A stretch of 35,092 bases of DNA, taken from positions 1 to 35,092 of the forward strand of contig JAUYJX010000010.1 of the NCBI GenBank assembly GCA_030699245.1, in the 5' to 3' direction. The position numbers and the translations under genes are program-made. Under the pieces are notes generated by a model. It searched no databases and was not told the DNA's origin. It saw only the letters and a program-made list of their open reading frames with translations. The DNA comes from a bacterium. GTDB taxonomy: Bacteria; Patescibacteriota; Saccharimonadia; CAILAD01; JAUYJX01. Position 1 is the stretch's first letter. The number at the start of each line of letters is the position of its first letter. Below are positions 8,188 through 17,528 of the stretch, piece after piece.

Positions 8188-9669
8188 TTATTTAAGCCTG
8201 GGAATCAGTTCATCGGTATTAGGTAAAGTTAAATGATTATAGAGATTCTTAATTTCTGTGGTGATTCTCTGCTGGTTTTGATAAAATATCAAGCCATAAG
8301 CCAGCAAAAGTAAAAGAGCTATGGCGGTCATGAAAATCAAATTAGCTCTTGAGGGTTTTGGAGGATTATCAAAAGTTAAGTACTCAGATACTTTCTTTGA
8401 CCTGCTATTTATTACTAACTCATGATAAACACTGGACCAAAATACCAGAGACCAACTGCTTATAAGTGTTAAGAGAATTATTACCAATATTGCACCTATT
8501 GTTGTAGTTATTATACGTGTCGCCAAGTGAAAATGAGTACTTAGGTATAAAACTTCTCCATAGCCTAGGGCTAACACACCGGCAAATACAACTGCACAAA
8601 TAAAAAGCCAAAAAACACCAACCGGTATTAGTTTTAAATAATTTCTAAAAACCAGGCCATAACTTTTTAGTTGAATCCAGCTAATCTTTTTATCTGTTAC
8701 CGATAAAATCGCCCGCTGCATTGGCTTAGCGAAAATAACTGCTAGAACCAAGAACAGATTAATTATCAAAGCCAGATTCAAAATTAATGATTGAAATGCC
8801 ACTATATAAGTATTGGTGCTTTTGAGTACAAGCTTAAAGACAATATAATCAACCGCGATAAGTAAACTAATCCAGAAAATATTTACTACAAAGTTGATCC
8901 AGGTTTTGAAGATAAAATCTATACCGTGGCTTAATAGTGTTTTAGTATTTGCGCTTCTATGATCTATTTCCTTGATATGAATGGCCATAGAAACTTGACC
9001 GGTAATATTATTAACTATACTGCTGATTATTAGCAAAACCAAAAGTAGCCCGCCTATAATGCCCACTGCCGTTAAATCAATGCTACTAAGTACATGTCTA
9101 AAATATAAAATTATTTCATTTGCAGAAAATTTTGAAATTTTAATAATAAAAACTAGGCTTAAAGGTATGCCTATAGCGAAAAGCAGTTTGAAGCTAAGTA
9201 AGACTCTAAGTAATGACAGTCTAATAATTTGGGGATTTATTTTTTTTATAAAAGGACTGATAAAAACCTTTGAAAAACTGCCCTGGGGCAAAGATTTGGC
9301 TTTCGTCTGAGAAACAGGCAAAGACGGATGGGATATATTTTTCTCTTCTTTTAGATGAGGCTTAGCTTGAGAGAGCCGTTTTGCCGACATATCTTCTTTT
9401 GGCTCAGTAACTTCACCTGCCTTATCTTTTTTAGATTCTAACCTCAACTGATGTTTTGGAGGCTTATTTAATTCAAGTGGTTTTTTGGTTTTTCTCTTGA
9501 GCACAATACTGTCAACATTTGCTACCAGCTTTCTTTTTTTCACAAACCCAGCAGAAGACGTGGTAATTTTCGGCACCGTTTCGTTTGGTTTAACCTTTTT
9601 TATAGGTTGTCCATTGTCCAAATTATAAACAGTACCATCAATAATTATTGTACGATCTTTTCTTGGCAA
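8188..9669 (-). CDS. Hypothetical multi-pass membrane protein with basic, low-complexity N-terminus
   Basis: 493-aa ORF, TTG start after GAGGT, about 7 hydrophobic segments. Confidence 0.8.
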   Translation of the reverse strand: MPRKDRTIIIDGTVYNLDNGQPIKKVKPNETVPKITTSSAGFVKKRKLVANVDSIVLKRKTKKPLELNKPPKHQLRLESKKDKAGEVTEPKEDMSAKRLSQAKPHLKEEKNISHPSLPVSQTKAKSLPQGSFSKVFISPFIKKINPQIIRLSLLRVLLSFKLLFAIGIPLSLVFIIKISKFSANEIILYFRHVLSSIDLTAVGIIGGLLLVLLIISSIVNNITGQVSMAIHIKEIDHRSANTKTLLSHGIDFIFKTWINFVVNIFWISLLIAVDYIVFKLVLKSTNTYIVAFQSLILNLALIINLFLVLAVIFAKPMQRAILSVTDKKISWIQLKSYGLVFRNYLKLIPVGVFWLFICAVVFAGVLALGYGEVLYLSTHFHLATRIITTTIGAILVIILLTLISSWSLVFWSSVYHELVINSRSKKVSEYLTFDNPPKPSRANLIFMTAIALLLLLAYGLIFYQNQQRITTEIKNLYNHLTLPNTDELIPRLK

Positions 9670-9766
9670 GATTTTAGACCTCTTTAGTTTTAGCTTAGCT
9701 TTTTGGCTTATAATATTATAACTTTTTTAACCTCAAACCAAAACTATTTTATTAAGCTGACATTTA

Positions 9767-9844
9767 ATGACTGTAATTTTATTTGCATCAATGTTAATAT
9801 TTGATAGCTATCTACTATCTTTATTGATAGTCGGATATTTTTAA
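9767..9844 (+). other. 25-aa mini-ORF MTVILFASMLIFDSYLLSLLIVGYF, possible lycopene cyclase-domain remnant
   Basis: Stop overlaps next start (TAATG 9842-9846); FDS..L.IVGY pattern. Confidence 0.4.
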
Positions 9845-11856
9845 TGAAAAAAACCAGGCTAAGACTACTTGAGGTTATTAAAACCAGCCGTCCCTTCTTG
9901 TGGATAATTACTGGCTTTGCTTTTGCTGCTGGCTATTTATTATCAGCAAAAGGGATAGGTTTAGAATTTTTTATTTCTACCCTGTATTTTTTAATACCCT
10001 ATAATCTTTTGCTGTATGGTATTAATGATATTTTTGACTTAAAGTCAGATATTAAAAACCCTCGCAAAGTTTCTGTAGAAAATAGTCCTGCCGGCAAACA
10101 AAAGTATCGATATCTACTGGACTGGATTATTTTATTAAATCTGCCATTTGTTGTTTATTTACTGATAATCGGGGATATTAAGTCAAAGATTATCTTTGCC
10201 ACACTAATCTTTCTCGTGATTGCTTATAGCTACAAAGGCCTAAGATTTAAAGAAATACCTTTTATTGACTCAATTACCTCTTCACTACATTTTGTAGGAC
10301 CATTTATTCTGGGATTAAGTCTGTCGAATTCGATTAACTTTTATTGGCCAATAATTATTAGTTTTTTCTTTTGGGGCATTGCTAGCCACACCTTCAAGGC
10401 AATCCAGGATATTATCTCCGATAGAGCTTCTGATATTAATTCCATTGCCGTCTCTTTAGGAGCCAAGGGAGCGATGTATCTGAGTTTTTTCCTTTATTGC
10501 CTTTCCTCTTTAATAATTTTAATCGCTTATTGGCCGCTAGGAATTATTCCTGCATTACTAATTGGAGTTTATCCGCTTAATATCAGCTTTTTTTTAAAAT
10601 ACAAAAGTGATGCACAGAGTAATAAATTCATCCGTGGTTGGAAAAATTTTCTGTGGCTTAATTTGAGTACTTTTTTTTGGTTAAGTTTATATATTTTCCT
10701 AATTATTGACCCGCTTGGTTTTGGGACTATCAATGTATTTATGCTTGGAGAAATTTTGATATTTATTTTTATTTTACAGTTTTTGCTAATTATCTATAAC
10801 TTTTGGGGACTCAAAAAACCTAAATTAAATTTTAAATTAGCTGAGTGGCCGAAGATTACCATTTTAATACATGCCTATAATCAAGCCCAGCATATTTCTT
10901 CCACTTTACTGGCAGCATTAGGCCAGCATTATCCGAATTTTGAAATTATTTTCACTGATTTAAACTCTGCTGATAATACATTAAAAATTGTTGAAAATTA
11001 TCAGGACCCTAAACTTAAAATAGTAACAATTGACAAGAAAAAGTCACATTGGTCACAAAACGCTTGGGCTAATCAGCAAATGCTTGAACAGGCTAAATCA
11101 GATATTGTGGTTATACTGTCTGCTGATACGGTAATGATGCCTAATACGCTCACAGCAATTGCCGGCCTGATAACAGATCAAAAATTAGATGTTATATCGC
11201 TTTTACCGGCCGATCAAAATAGCACATTATCGCAACGTTTTATTTTAAGCCAAAACCGATTCTTTCTACTGGGCACTTATCCGGCAGCATATTTGAATAA
11301 TAAGAGACGCGATTTTGCCTTAGCCACAAGAAGCATAATAGCCTTCCATAAGACTAGAACCCAAATTTTCAATAATTTTGAATCGGCTAAAAAAAGTTTA
11401 TTAGAAAATTTGGACTTTATGGTCAATGCAAAAAAATATCGGTTAAAAACTGCTTTTTATTTAGCTAGTGATTTGGCTACAAATCATGATAATGCATCAT
11501 TAAAATCAATATTTTTACAAAATTATCAAAACTACTATCCTATTCTAAAATTTAATATGCCGCTAACTGTTAATATAGTAATTGGCGGTTTTTTAGTTTT
11601 CTCTTTACCTTTATTCTTATTAATTGATCAAATTATCCGTTTCGATATAACGAATATAATTATCCTTTCAACGGTTTTGTTAATTGGACTTATAAATCGA
11701 ATATTAATCGCTATTCAGGGAAAACAGAGTTTGCTGTCAACTCTGTTTTATCCCATTACCATACCATTAACCTTGATTCTGATATTTATTTCCATGCTTA
11801 ATTATGAACTGTTAAAACCGCGCTGGCATGAAAGAACAGAAGTTCATACAATCTAA
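9844..11856 (+). CDS. Fusion of UbiA-family prenyltransferase (lycopene elongase CrtEb/LyeJ-like) and GT2 glycosyltransferase-like domain
   Basis: SRP..W, PYNLLLYGINDIFD..SD..NPRK, LRFKE.PFIDSITSS.HF, QDI..D motifs; then IHAYNQ, QHYPNFEII, SADNT GT2 start and C-terminal TMs. Confidence 0.88.
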   Translation: MKKTRLRLLEVIKTSRPFLWIITGFAFAAGYLLSAKGIGLEFFISTLYFLIPYNLLLYGINDIFDLKSDIKNPRKVSVENSPAGKQKYRYLLDWIILLNLPFVVYLLIIGDIKSKIIFATLIFLVIAYSYKGLRFKEIPFIDSITSSLHFVGPFILGLSLSNSINFYWPIIISFFFWGIASHTFKAIQDIISDRASDINSIAVSLGAKGAMYLSFFLYCLSSLIILIAYWPLGIIPALLIGVYPLNISFFLKYKSDAQSNKFIRGWKNFLWLNLSTFFWLSLYIFLIIDPLGFGTINVFMLGEILIFIFILQFLLIIYNFWGLKKPKLNFKLAEWPKITILIHAYNQAQHISSTLLAALGQHYPNFEIIFTDLNSADNTLKIVENYQDPKLKIVTIDKKKSHWSQNAWANQQMLEQAKSDIVVILSADTVMMPNTLTAIAGLITDQKLDVISLLPADQNSTLSQRFILSQNRFFLLGTYPAAYLNNKRRDFALATRSIIAFHKTRTQIFNNFESAKKSLLENLDFMVNAKKYRLKTAFYLASDLATNHDNASLKSIFLQNYQNYYPILKFNMPLTVNIVIGGFLVFSLPLFLLIDQIIRFDITNIIILSTVLLIGLINRILIAIQGKQSLLSTLFYPITIPLTLILIFISMLNYELLKPRWHERTEVHTI

Positions 11857-12986
11857 GATTTAAAAGTCTGTTTCTTATCAATATTTATTGGTATTTCAAT
11901 ATAAAAAGTGCTGCCTTTTCTAAATTTACTTTTCATCCAAAGTTGGGCCCCAATTCGCTCGGCTTGTTTTTTGCAAATATACAGTCCCATACCAGTACCC
12001 TTAACTTTCTGTGCCTCCTCGTCATCAGAGCGGAAAGCTTTTTCAAAAAGCTGTTTTTGGTCCTCATTACTTATACCAATCCCCTGATCACTGATACTAA
12101 ACTCTACTCCCTTTTTGATTTTTGGCGAAGGTTTGGCTTTTAGTGTTACAATTTTTCCCTTGCCGCTATATTTTATGGCGTTTGTTAGAAAATTAACAAT
12201 TATTTCCTTTAGTCTCTGTCTGCTGGTCTTAAGTTCAGGCAAATTATCATTAACTTCAGTTTCAATTTTAATATCACTATGTGCGGTTTTAACTGCAAAA
12301 TCTTTTTGTAATTCACCAACTAGTTCTTTTGGTTTAACAATGCTAATCTCAATGTCCAGTAAACTTTTTTGGGCTTGCGATAAGCTAGTTAAATCTTGTA
12401 GTAAATTAGACAAATAAATTAAGTTTTGCCGGGCATTGGCCAGTAACTTTTGAGCTTTTTCGGGTATCTCGGCAAAGCCTGGCATCATGGCAGTCGAAAG
12501 ATCTCCCTCTACTACTGCGATTGGTACACGCAACTCATGAGAGATAATTGAAATAAATTCGTCTTTTTGAACTTCGAGTGTTTTTTGTTTGCTGATATTG
12601 CGAACTAACGCTAATGCACCGACCTTTATCGTTCCGTCGGTAATAGGGGTAATATTTACATACAGATCAATTCTCTCTTTATCTTTATCTAAAATCAGAT
12701 CATCACGAATTACTACTCTAGAATTTTTAAGCACTTCTTTTACGGGATACTGCTTTTGTCCATCTTTATCTACTAGTGGCAAAATTTTGTCAAATGACTG
12801 ATCGAATATACCTTCATGAACATCAAGTAAGTCCAGTGTCGCAGCATTATAAAAAGTTATCTTACCGCGACGATTGATTACTATGACCGCTTCTCCAAGA
12901 CTATTGATTAGTGTAGAAAATTTAGCCTGTTCTTTCTTTAGTTTTTCTTCGGTATCTAAAATTTTTTTAAGATGTTCATCCTGCAT
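11853..12986 (-). CDS. Cytoplasmic PAS-domain sensor histidine kinase
   Basis: PAS-like N-terminus, SHELRVP H-box, N..NAIKY, DQGIGI, GTGMGL boxes; no TM. Confidence 0.93.
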   Translation of the reverse strand: MQDEHLKKILDTEEKLKKEQAKFSTLINSLGEAVIVINRRGKITFYNAATLDLLDVHEGIFDQSFDKILPLVDKDGQKQYPVKEVLKNSRVVIRDDLILDKDKERIDLYVNITPITDGTIKVGALALVRNISKQKTLEVQKDEFISIISHELRVPIAVVEGDLSTAMMPGFAEIPEKAQKLLANARQNLIYLSNLLQDLTSLSQAQKSLLDIEISIVKPKELVGELQKDFAVKTAHSDIKIETEVNDNLPELKTSRQRLKEIIVNFLTNAIKYSGKGKIVTLKAKPSPKIKKGVEFSISDQGIGISNEDQKQLFEKAFRSDDEEAQKVKGTGMGLYICKKQAERIGAQLWMKSKFRKGSTFYIEIPINIDKKQTFKS

Positions 12987-13004
12987 AATTCTTATCTTAA
13001 CACT

Positions 13005-13883
13005 TTAATCTTTATTTTTCGATTTCGCTAAAAACAAGCCAGCAATAAATAAACCGGCAGCAATTATTAGCATTAAAATTGAGTAATTCTTAATTTCGTC
13101 AAAAAATAATTTTGATAAATTAATCATTAGAGCCGAGGAGATTTGATCTTTATTTTTTATGGATAATGTCATCGGCATATCGTAATTTTTTATAAAAATC
13201 TGGAAAATAAAATAAGCAATTAAGCCCAGTATTCCAGTCAGGATAAAAGAGGCAGCAGCCAGATTAAACTTCTTTTTGCCTCGTCTTATATTGAAAAAGA
13301 AAAGTAGAAAAACCGTTCCTACTGAAAATAATATTAATGGAGAAACTGCCCTATTAGTTAGTTGATAATAAGCTTTTAGCTGATTAAACTTTTGAATTTC
13401 CTCCGAATTTTTTTGCCCTCCATCTAAAGCTAATATATTAATGGAGTCGGGGAAAGATTTGGTAATTTCAAACTTAACTTTTGCTGCTTTATCTTCCCCT
13501 AAGGTCTTATCAGCTTTTTCGACCATATTAATTCGAACTATTTCAGTGTCTGCCTTTAAGCTGAAATCATTACCAATAGGATTTTTAAGCCAGTTAGTCA
13601 TCTGTGCAATTATTGGTTCGACAGTTTTTCTGATAGATAAAGGACTAATCGCGCTAATAATTTTGTCCAAATCGTCTTTTGATAAGTAACTGATGTTTTT
13701 AGTTAAATCATTAGATAAATTATTTTTTACTTCTTGGCTGACTAAGCTGTATATCCCGGATTTATCTAGAGCATCACTAAAGTTTTTTTCAGAATCAAAT
13801 AACCTTGTAAAACTAAAACAAATGCCTAAAGTGATTAACGTTAAGGTTAAGGTAAAAAATAAAAATTTGTTTATAAAATTCAT
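13005..13883 (-). CDS. Hypothetical membrane protein
   Basis: 292-aa ORF; N-terminal TM, soluble domain, three C-terminal TMs. Confidence 0.8.
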   Translation of the reverse strand: MNFINKFLFFTLTLTLITLGICFSFTRLFDSEKNFSDALDKSGIYSLVSQEVKNNLSNDLTKNISYLSKDDLDKIISAISPLSIRKTVEPIIAQMTNWLKNPIGNDFSLKADTEIVRINMVEKADKTLGEDKAAKVKFEITKSFPDSINILALDGGQKNSEEIQKFNQLKAYYQLTNRAVSPLILFSVGTVFLLFFFNIRRGKKKFNLAAASFILTGILGLIAYFIFQIFIKNYDMPMTLSIKNKDQISSALMINLSKLFFDEIKNYSILMLIIAAGLFIAGLFLAKSKNKD

Positions 13884-13893
13884 CTAAAGCTAA

Positions 13894-16233
13894 TTATAGT
13901 AATCTATCGCTAATTTTCGAAGCAATTTGTCGCTTAGCCATCTGATATTGTATAAAGCCAAAGACCAGTGAGACTGCCAAAACAAAAACTAAACTTAAAA
14001 AATTTAGACTAACGAAACCGAAGAAATTAGCAAATTTATAATTGTTTATCAAAATCATCAGTATTGTAAATATAATTACAAAACCTCCCAAAATCGTTCT
14101 GGTTTGTGCTGGATTTTTTTCAACATTTAGTGCTTTGGGTGCAACTAAAATCACTATTAACCCAAGTGCAATAAGAGTTAAAACTACCGACATATTAGCT
14201 TGCAAAAGGTCATTTGGTGATAAATATTCGAAGCTTAAGATAAAAATTATCACTGCACCAACGGCAGTAACGAAACCGTTAGAAATTGCAAACGGCAAAA
14301 CTCTTTTGAAAAAGCTCTTATCACTTATAGTCCTTTTTCTGGTACGTGGCCAACCAGCCCAAAGTATTATTGGAAAACCGATTGTTAAATAATTGATAAC
14401 CGTTAAGTTTCTGGGAAGTAGCGGGTAAGAAAAACCTAATAATGAAATGATTGCAAAAATAGTCAGCCCATAAGTTACTTTATTGAAAAACAGACAAGCG
14501 ACCATTTCAATTGTTGTGATAATGCTATCTGACAGCTTAACTCCTTTGGGCAAGGCAGAGAAACTATTATTTATTAATACAATGTCTGCGATTTGACGTG
14601 TTGCACTGCTGCCGTCAAACATTGCAATGCCCAAATCGGCTTTTTTAATTGCCAGGGCATCATTAGCACCATCACCAATCATAGCTGTAAAACCATTTAC
14701 CTTAAAAGCTTCTATTAATTTTTCTTTTTGCTGCGGGCTTACCCTGGCAAATAGACTAAAATTAGGAGCATTTTTCAGATAGTCTTCCTTACGCCAAGCT
14801 TTTAACTGCGACCCTTCGATTACTTTATTTAAATTACTGATTCCTGCTTTCTTGGCAATTGCTAGGACGGTCTGCAGATTATCGCCAGAAATTATACGCA
14901 ATAAAACATTTCTCTTGCGAAAATATTCAACTATTTTATTCGTTCCTGGTTTTAATGGATTTATCAAGCTTATCAAGCCTAAGGGTTTAATTTTGCTATT
15001 GGCAAGAGAAAAACTATTTAAGTCAGTGCTCAAATTATCTATCTCCCCCACACCGATTACCCTCTTAGCCTCTAAACTATAATCTTTTATTTTATCTTTT
15101 AGACTTTGTCCAGCTTTTGCAAAAACTATATCTGCGCCACCGACAATAATCTGATGAGTTTTTCTTTTAAACTCAAAACAGACTAGTCCATATTTTTTAT
15201 CTAAAGAGAATGGCTTAACGTTAATAATTTTGCCATAAAATGTATGATCTAATGATTCATCTATGGCCTTAATTGTTTCAGTAGTTAAACCACTAGCTTT
15301 AATATAAGCAATAAGTGCTGTTTTTAGAAAACCTAAATTTGTATTTAAATTTTCAATATTATCTAAAACAGGTTTGTTCCCAGTTAAGGTACCGGTTTTA
15401 TCTACGCACAAATTTACTATATGACCTAAATTTTCGATAGCATTTATTTCTTGTAATAAAACTTTTCCCTTGAGCATTTTAACTGCTCCATAAACAAAAA
15501 GCAGGGTTGTTGCCAGCACTAAACCTTCGGGAACAATTGAACCGGCAAAGCTAGCTATCTGTTTGATCACAAAAGGAGCATCTAGGTTTAAAATTACTCC
15601 TCTAATTACTATCAAACTTGCAAAAAGCAACAAAATTATACTCATAATTTCAATAAAATGTGACAGGGATTTTTGAATAGGACTGAAGCTTAAATTATAA
15701 TGTTTAATCTTATCCGTCATATGGGTAATATAACTGTCTTTGACGGTTTTTCGTGCCAGAACAATTGCTGAACCCGACATCACTATACTACCGCCAAATA
15801 ATTTTGTTTTCGGTTCTTTGATAATATTATTTGATTCACCGCTAAGTAGTGCTTCATTAACCTCCATACCATTAGTAGTTAAAACGATACTATCAACCGG
15901 CACTTGATCGCCCAGATTTAGTTCGTAGTGATCGCCGATTTTAATTTTATCTATATTAATTAGAACTTTTTGCCCGTTTTTTATCACATTAACCTTCTGA
16001 ACAGTTAATGCTTGTAGTTTCTCTAAGGCCAGTTTAGCCCTTAGTTCCTGCACAATACCAATAATCACATTTAGCGCGATAACACTGCCGATAAATAAAG
16101 CCTCTTGTATGTCGCCAAAAATTACCAGCAGTGCAACAATTACGCCGATTAGGATAGTAATCAGTGAAAAAAGATTTCTGACAATTATTGGCCCTAAATC
16201 TTTAATAATATTGAAAAACTTGTTAGCTTTCAT
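13894..16233 (-). CDS. Cation-transporting P-type ATPase (CtpE-like)
   Basis: LSGES, VPEGLVL, DKTGTLT, ISGDN, MIGDGAND; start moved to ATG 16233 to avoid long msrB overlap. Confidence 0.92.
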   Translation of the reverse strand: MKANKFFNIIKDLGPIIVRNLFSLITILIGVIVALLVIFGDIQEALFIGSVIALNVIIGIVQELRAKLALEKLQALTVQKVNVIKNGQKVLINIDKIKIGDHYELNLGDQVPVDSIVLTTNGMEVNEALLSGESNNIIKEPKTKLFGGSIVMSGSAIVLARKTVKDSYITHMTDKIKHYNLSFSPIQKSLSHFIEIMSIILLLFASLIVIRGVILNLDAPFVIKQIASFAGSIVPEGLVLATTLLFVYGAVKMLKGKVLLQEINAIENLGHIVNLCVDKTGTLTGNKPVLDNIENLNTNLGFLKTALIAYIKASGLTTETIKAIDESLDHTFYGKIINVKPFSLDKKYGLVCFEFKRKTHQIIVGGADIVFAKAGQSLKDKIKDYSLEAKRVIGVGEIDNLSTDLNSFSLANSKIKPLGLISLINPLKPGTNKIVEYFRKRNVLLRIISGDNLQTVLAIAKKAGISNLNKVIEGSQLKAWRKEDYLKNAPNFSLFARVSPQQKEKLIEAFKVNGFTAMIGDGANDALAIKKADLGIAMFDGSSATRQIADIVLINNSFSALPKGVKLSDSIITTIEMVACLFFNKVTYGLTIFAIISLLGFSYPLLPRNLTVINYLTIGFPIILWAGWPRTRKRTISDKSFFKRVLPFAISNGFVTAVGAVIIFILSFEYLSPNDLLQANMSVVLTLIALGLIVILVAPKALNVEKNPAQTRTILGGFVIIFTILMILINNYKFANFFGFVSLNFLSLVFVLAVSLVFGFIQYQMAKRQIASKISDRLL

Positions 16234-16546
16234 TTTTTTTCTTAAAATCCAGAACATTAGATAAAATGCAATAACGATTTCCAGCTTTAGAGTGACTATC
16301 ACCTAAAATTTTGCCATCATCAAAAAGATGGCCTAAATGCTGGCCGCATTTGGCACATAATACTTCTGTTCTAGCCACGCCAAGAGAATAGTCTGGGCGT
16401 GTTTTTATTGCTCCTGCAGTTGCATCACGAAAACTGGGCCATGCAGTGGTAGATTTGAATTTATCACTTGAACAAATTAGTGGACTGCCACACTTACCAC
16501 ATTTATAAACACCGTTTTGCCAAAAATTTGTGTATTTTTCCTCCAT
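16223..16546 (-). CDS. msrB: Peptide methionine-(R)-sulfoxide reductase
   Basis: Two CxxC, WPSF, RTEV, HLGHLFDDG, RYCI; ATG 16546. Confidence 0.93.
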   Translation of the reverse strand: MEEKYTNFWQNGVYKCGKCGSPLICSSDKFKSTTAWPSFRDATAGAIKTRPDYSLGVARTEVLCAKCGQHLGHLFDDGKILGDSHSKAGNRYCILSNVLDFKKKNES

Positions 16547-16547
16547 C

Positions 16548-17474
16548 TTAGCCGACAGAGCCAAAGCTTGAAACAACTAGAAAAATTATAGCGGTAATTA
16601 AAAGCAAGGTCGGGACTATGGTAGTCAATGGATGATGGGTAGTATTGTTTTTACGTCTTACTCGATGTGTATTAATATAAATTATTGTCAGTATCAGCAG
16701 TATAATAGCAATAATTTTAGCTCCCCAACCTAAGGTTTTGTTTACTGATAAAATCGGCGGTAAAAGTGAGTAGTTTTTTGCCTGCGGAGTGGATTCATTG
16801 CTGCTAGCTTGTGTCCCAGCTACTTGCTCACTTGTATTTTGCAAGCTGTTATTTGCTTGTTGCTCATTAGTACCAATAGAGGCAGCAGTAGCTATATTTT
16901 CTGCACCCTGTGGTTGCCCGTAAAAAGCAACGACTAAAGTTATGTCTTTGCCATCCATCTTGCCATTAACCACAGCCATACCGATATCAGTGTATTTGGG
17001 ATTTAAAATATTAGCTTTATGCCCAGAACTTGTCATCCAGCCCGACATTACACCAGAAGAAGTGCTAAAATTACGTGCTAAATTTTCACCTGCGAAATTG
17101 TATTTATAGCCGCTTTTTTGAAAGAAATTCCAGGGTGAAGAGCCCTCCGGCGAATAATGCGACCAATAATTTTTAGCCAGCATATCAGTCGCTTTAGCCT
17201 TAGCTGCCTTGCTTAATGTAGTATTGATATTAAGTGGTGCAATACCAGCTTTAGCTCTTTCATTATTTGTTAATTTAGTAAGTGAATTTTCATCAATATT
17301 ATTAGATAATCCCAGTACAGAAAATTTGCCGGTAACAGCAAAATTAAAAATTACTTGTACTAGTAAGATCAGTACAGCAATGGTAATCAGACCATAGGGT
17401 CTGATTATATGCGGATGATGATTATTGTGCCTAGATGGCACAAACCAGTGTCTGATTTTTTTGGTCAAGCTCAC
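16548..17474 (-). CDS. CAP/SCP domain membrane protein
   Basis: TNNER, DM..NYWSH, AGENLA, WM.S.GH..NIL; N- and C-terminal TMs. Confidence 0.92.
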   Translation of the reverse strand: MSLTKKIRHWFVPSRHNNHHPHIIRPYGLITIAVLILLVQVIFNFAVTGKFSVLGLSNNIDENSLTKLTNNERAKAGIAPLNINTTLSKAAKAKATDMLAKNYWSHYSPEGSSPWNFFQKSGYKYNFAGENLARNFSTSSGVMSGWMTSSGHKANILNPKYTDIGMAVVNGKMDGKDITLVVAFYGQPQGAENIATAASIGTNEQQANNSLQNTSEQVAGTQASSNESTPQAKNYSLLPPILSVNKTLGWGAKIIAIILLILTIIYINTHRVRRKNNTTHHPLTTIVPTLLLITAIIFLVVSSFGSVG

Positions 17475-17528
17475 AATAATCTAATTATCATCAATTAGAT
17501 ATAAACTAGCAAGACTCTTTAAGTGTTT

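Noticed and set aside
9708..9721. Perfect palindrome TTATAATATTATAA as an operator
   Set aside because: All A/T; more simply two adjacent TATAAT boxes on opposite strands for the divergent genes
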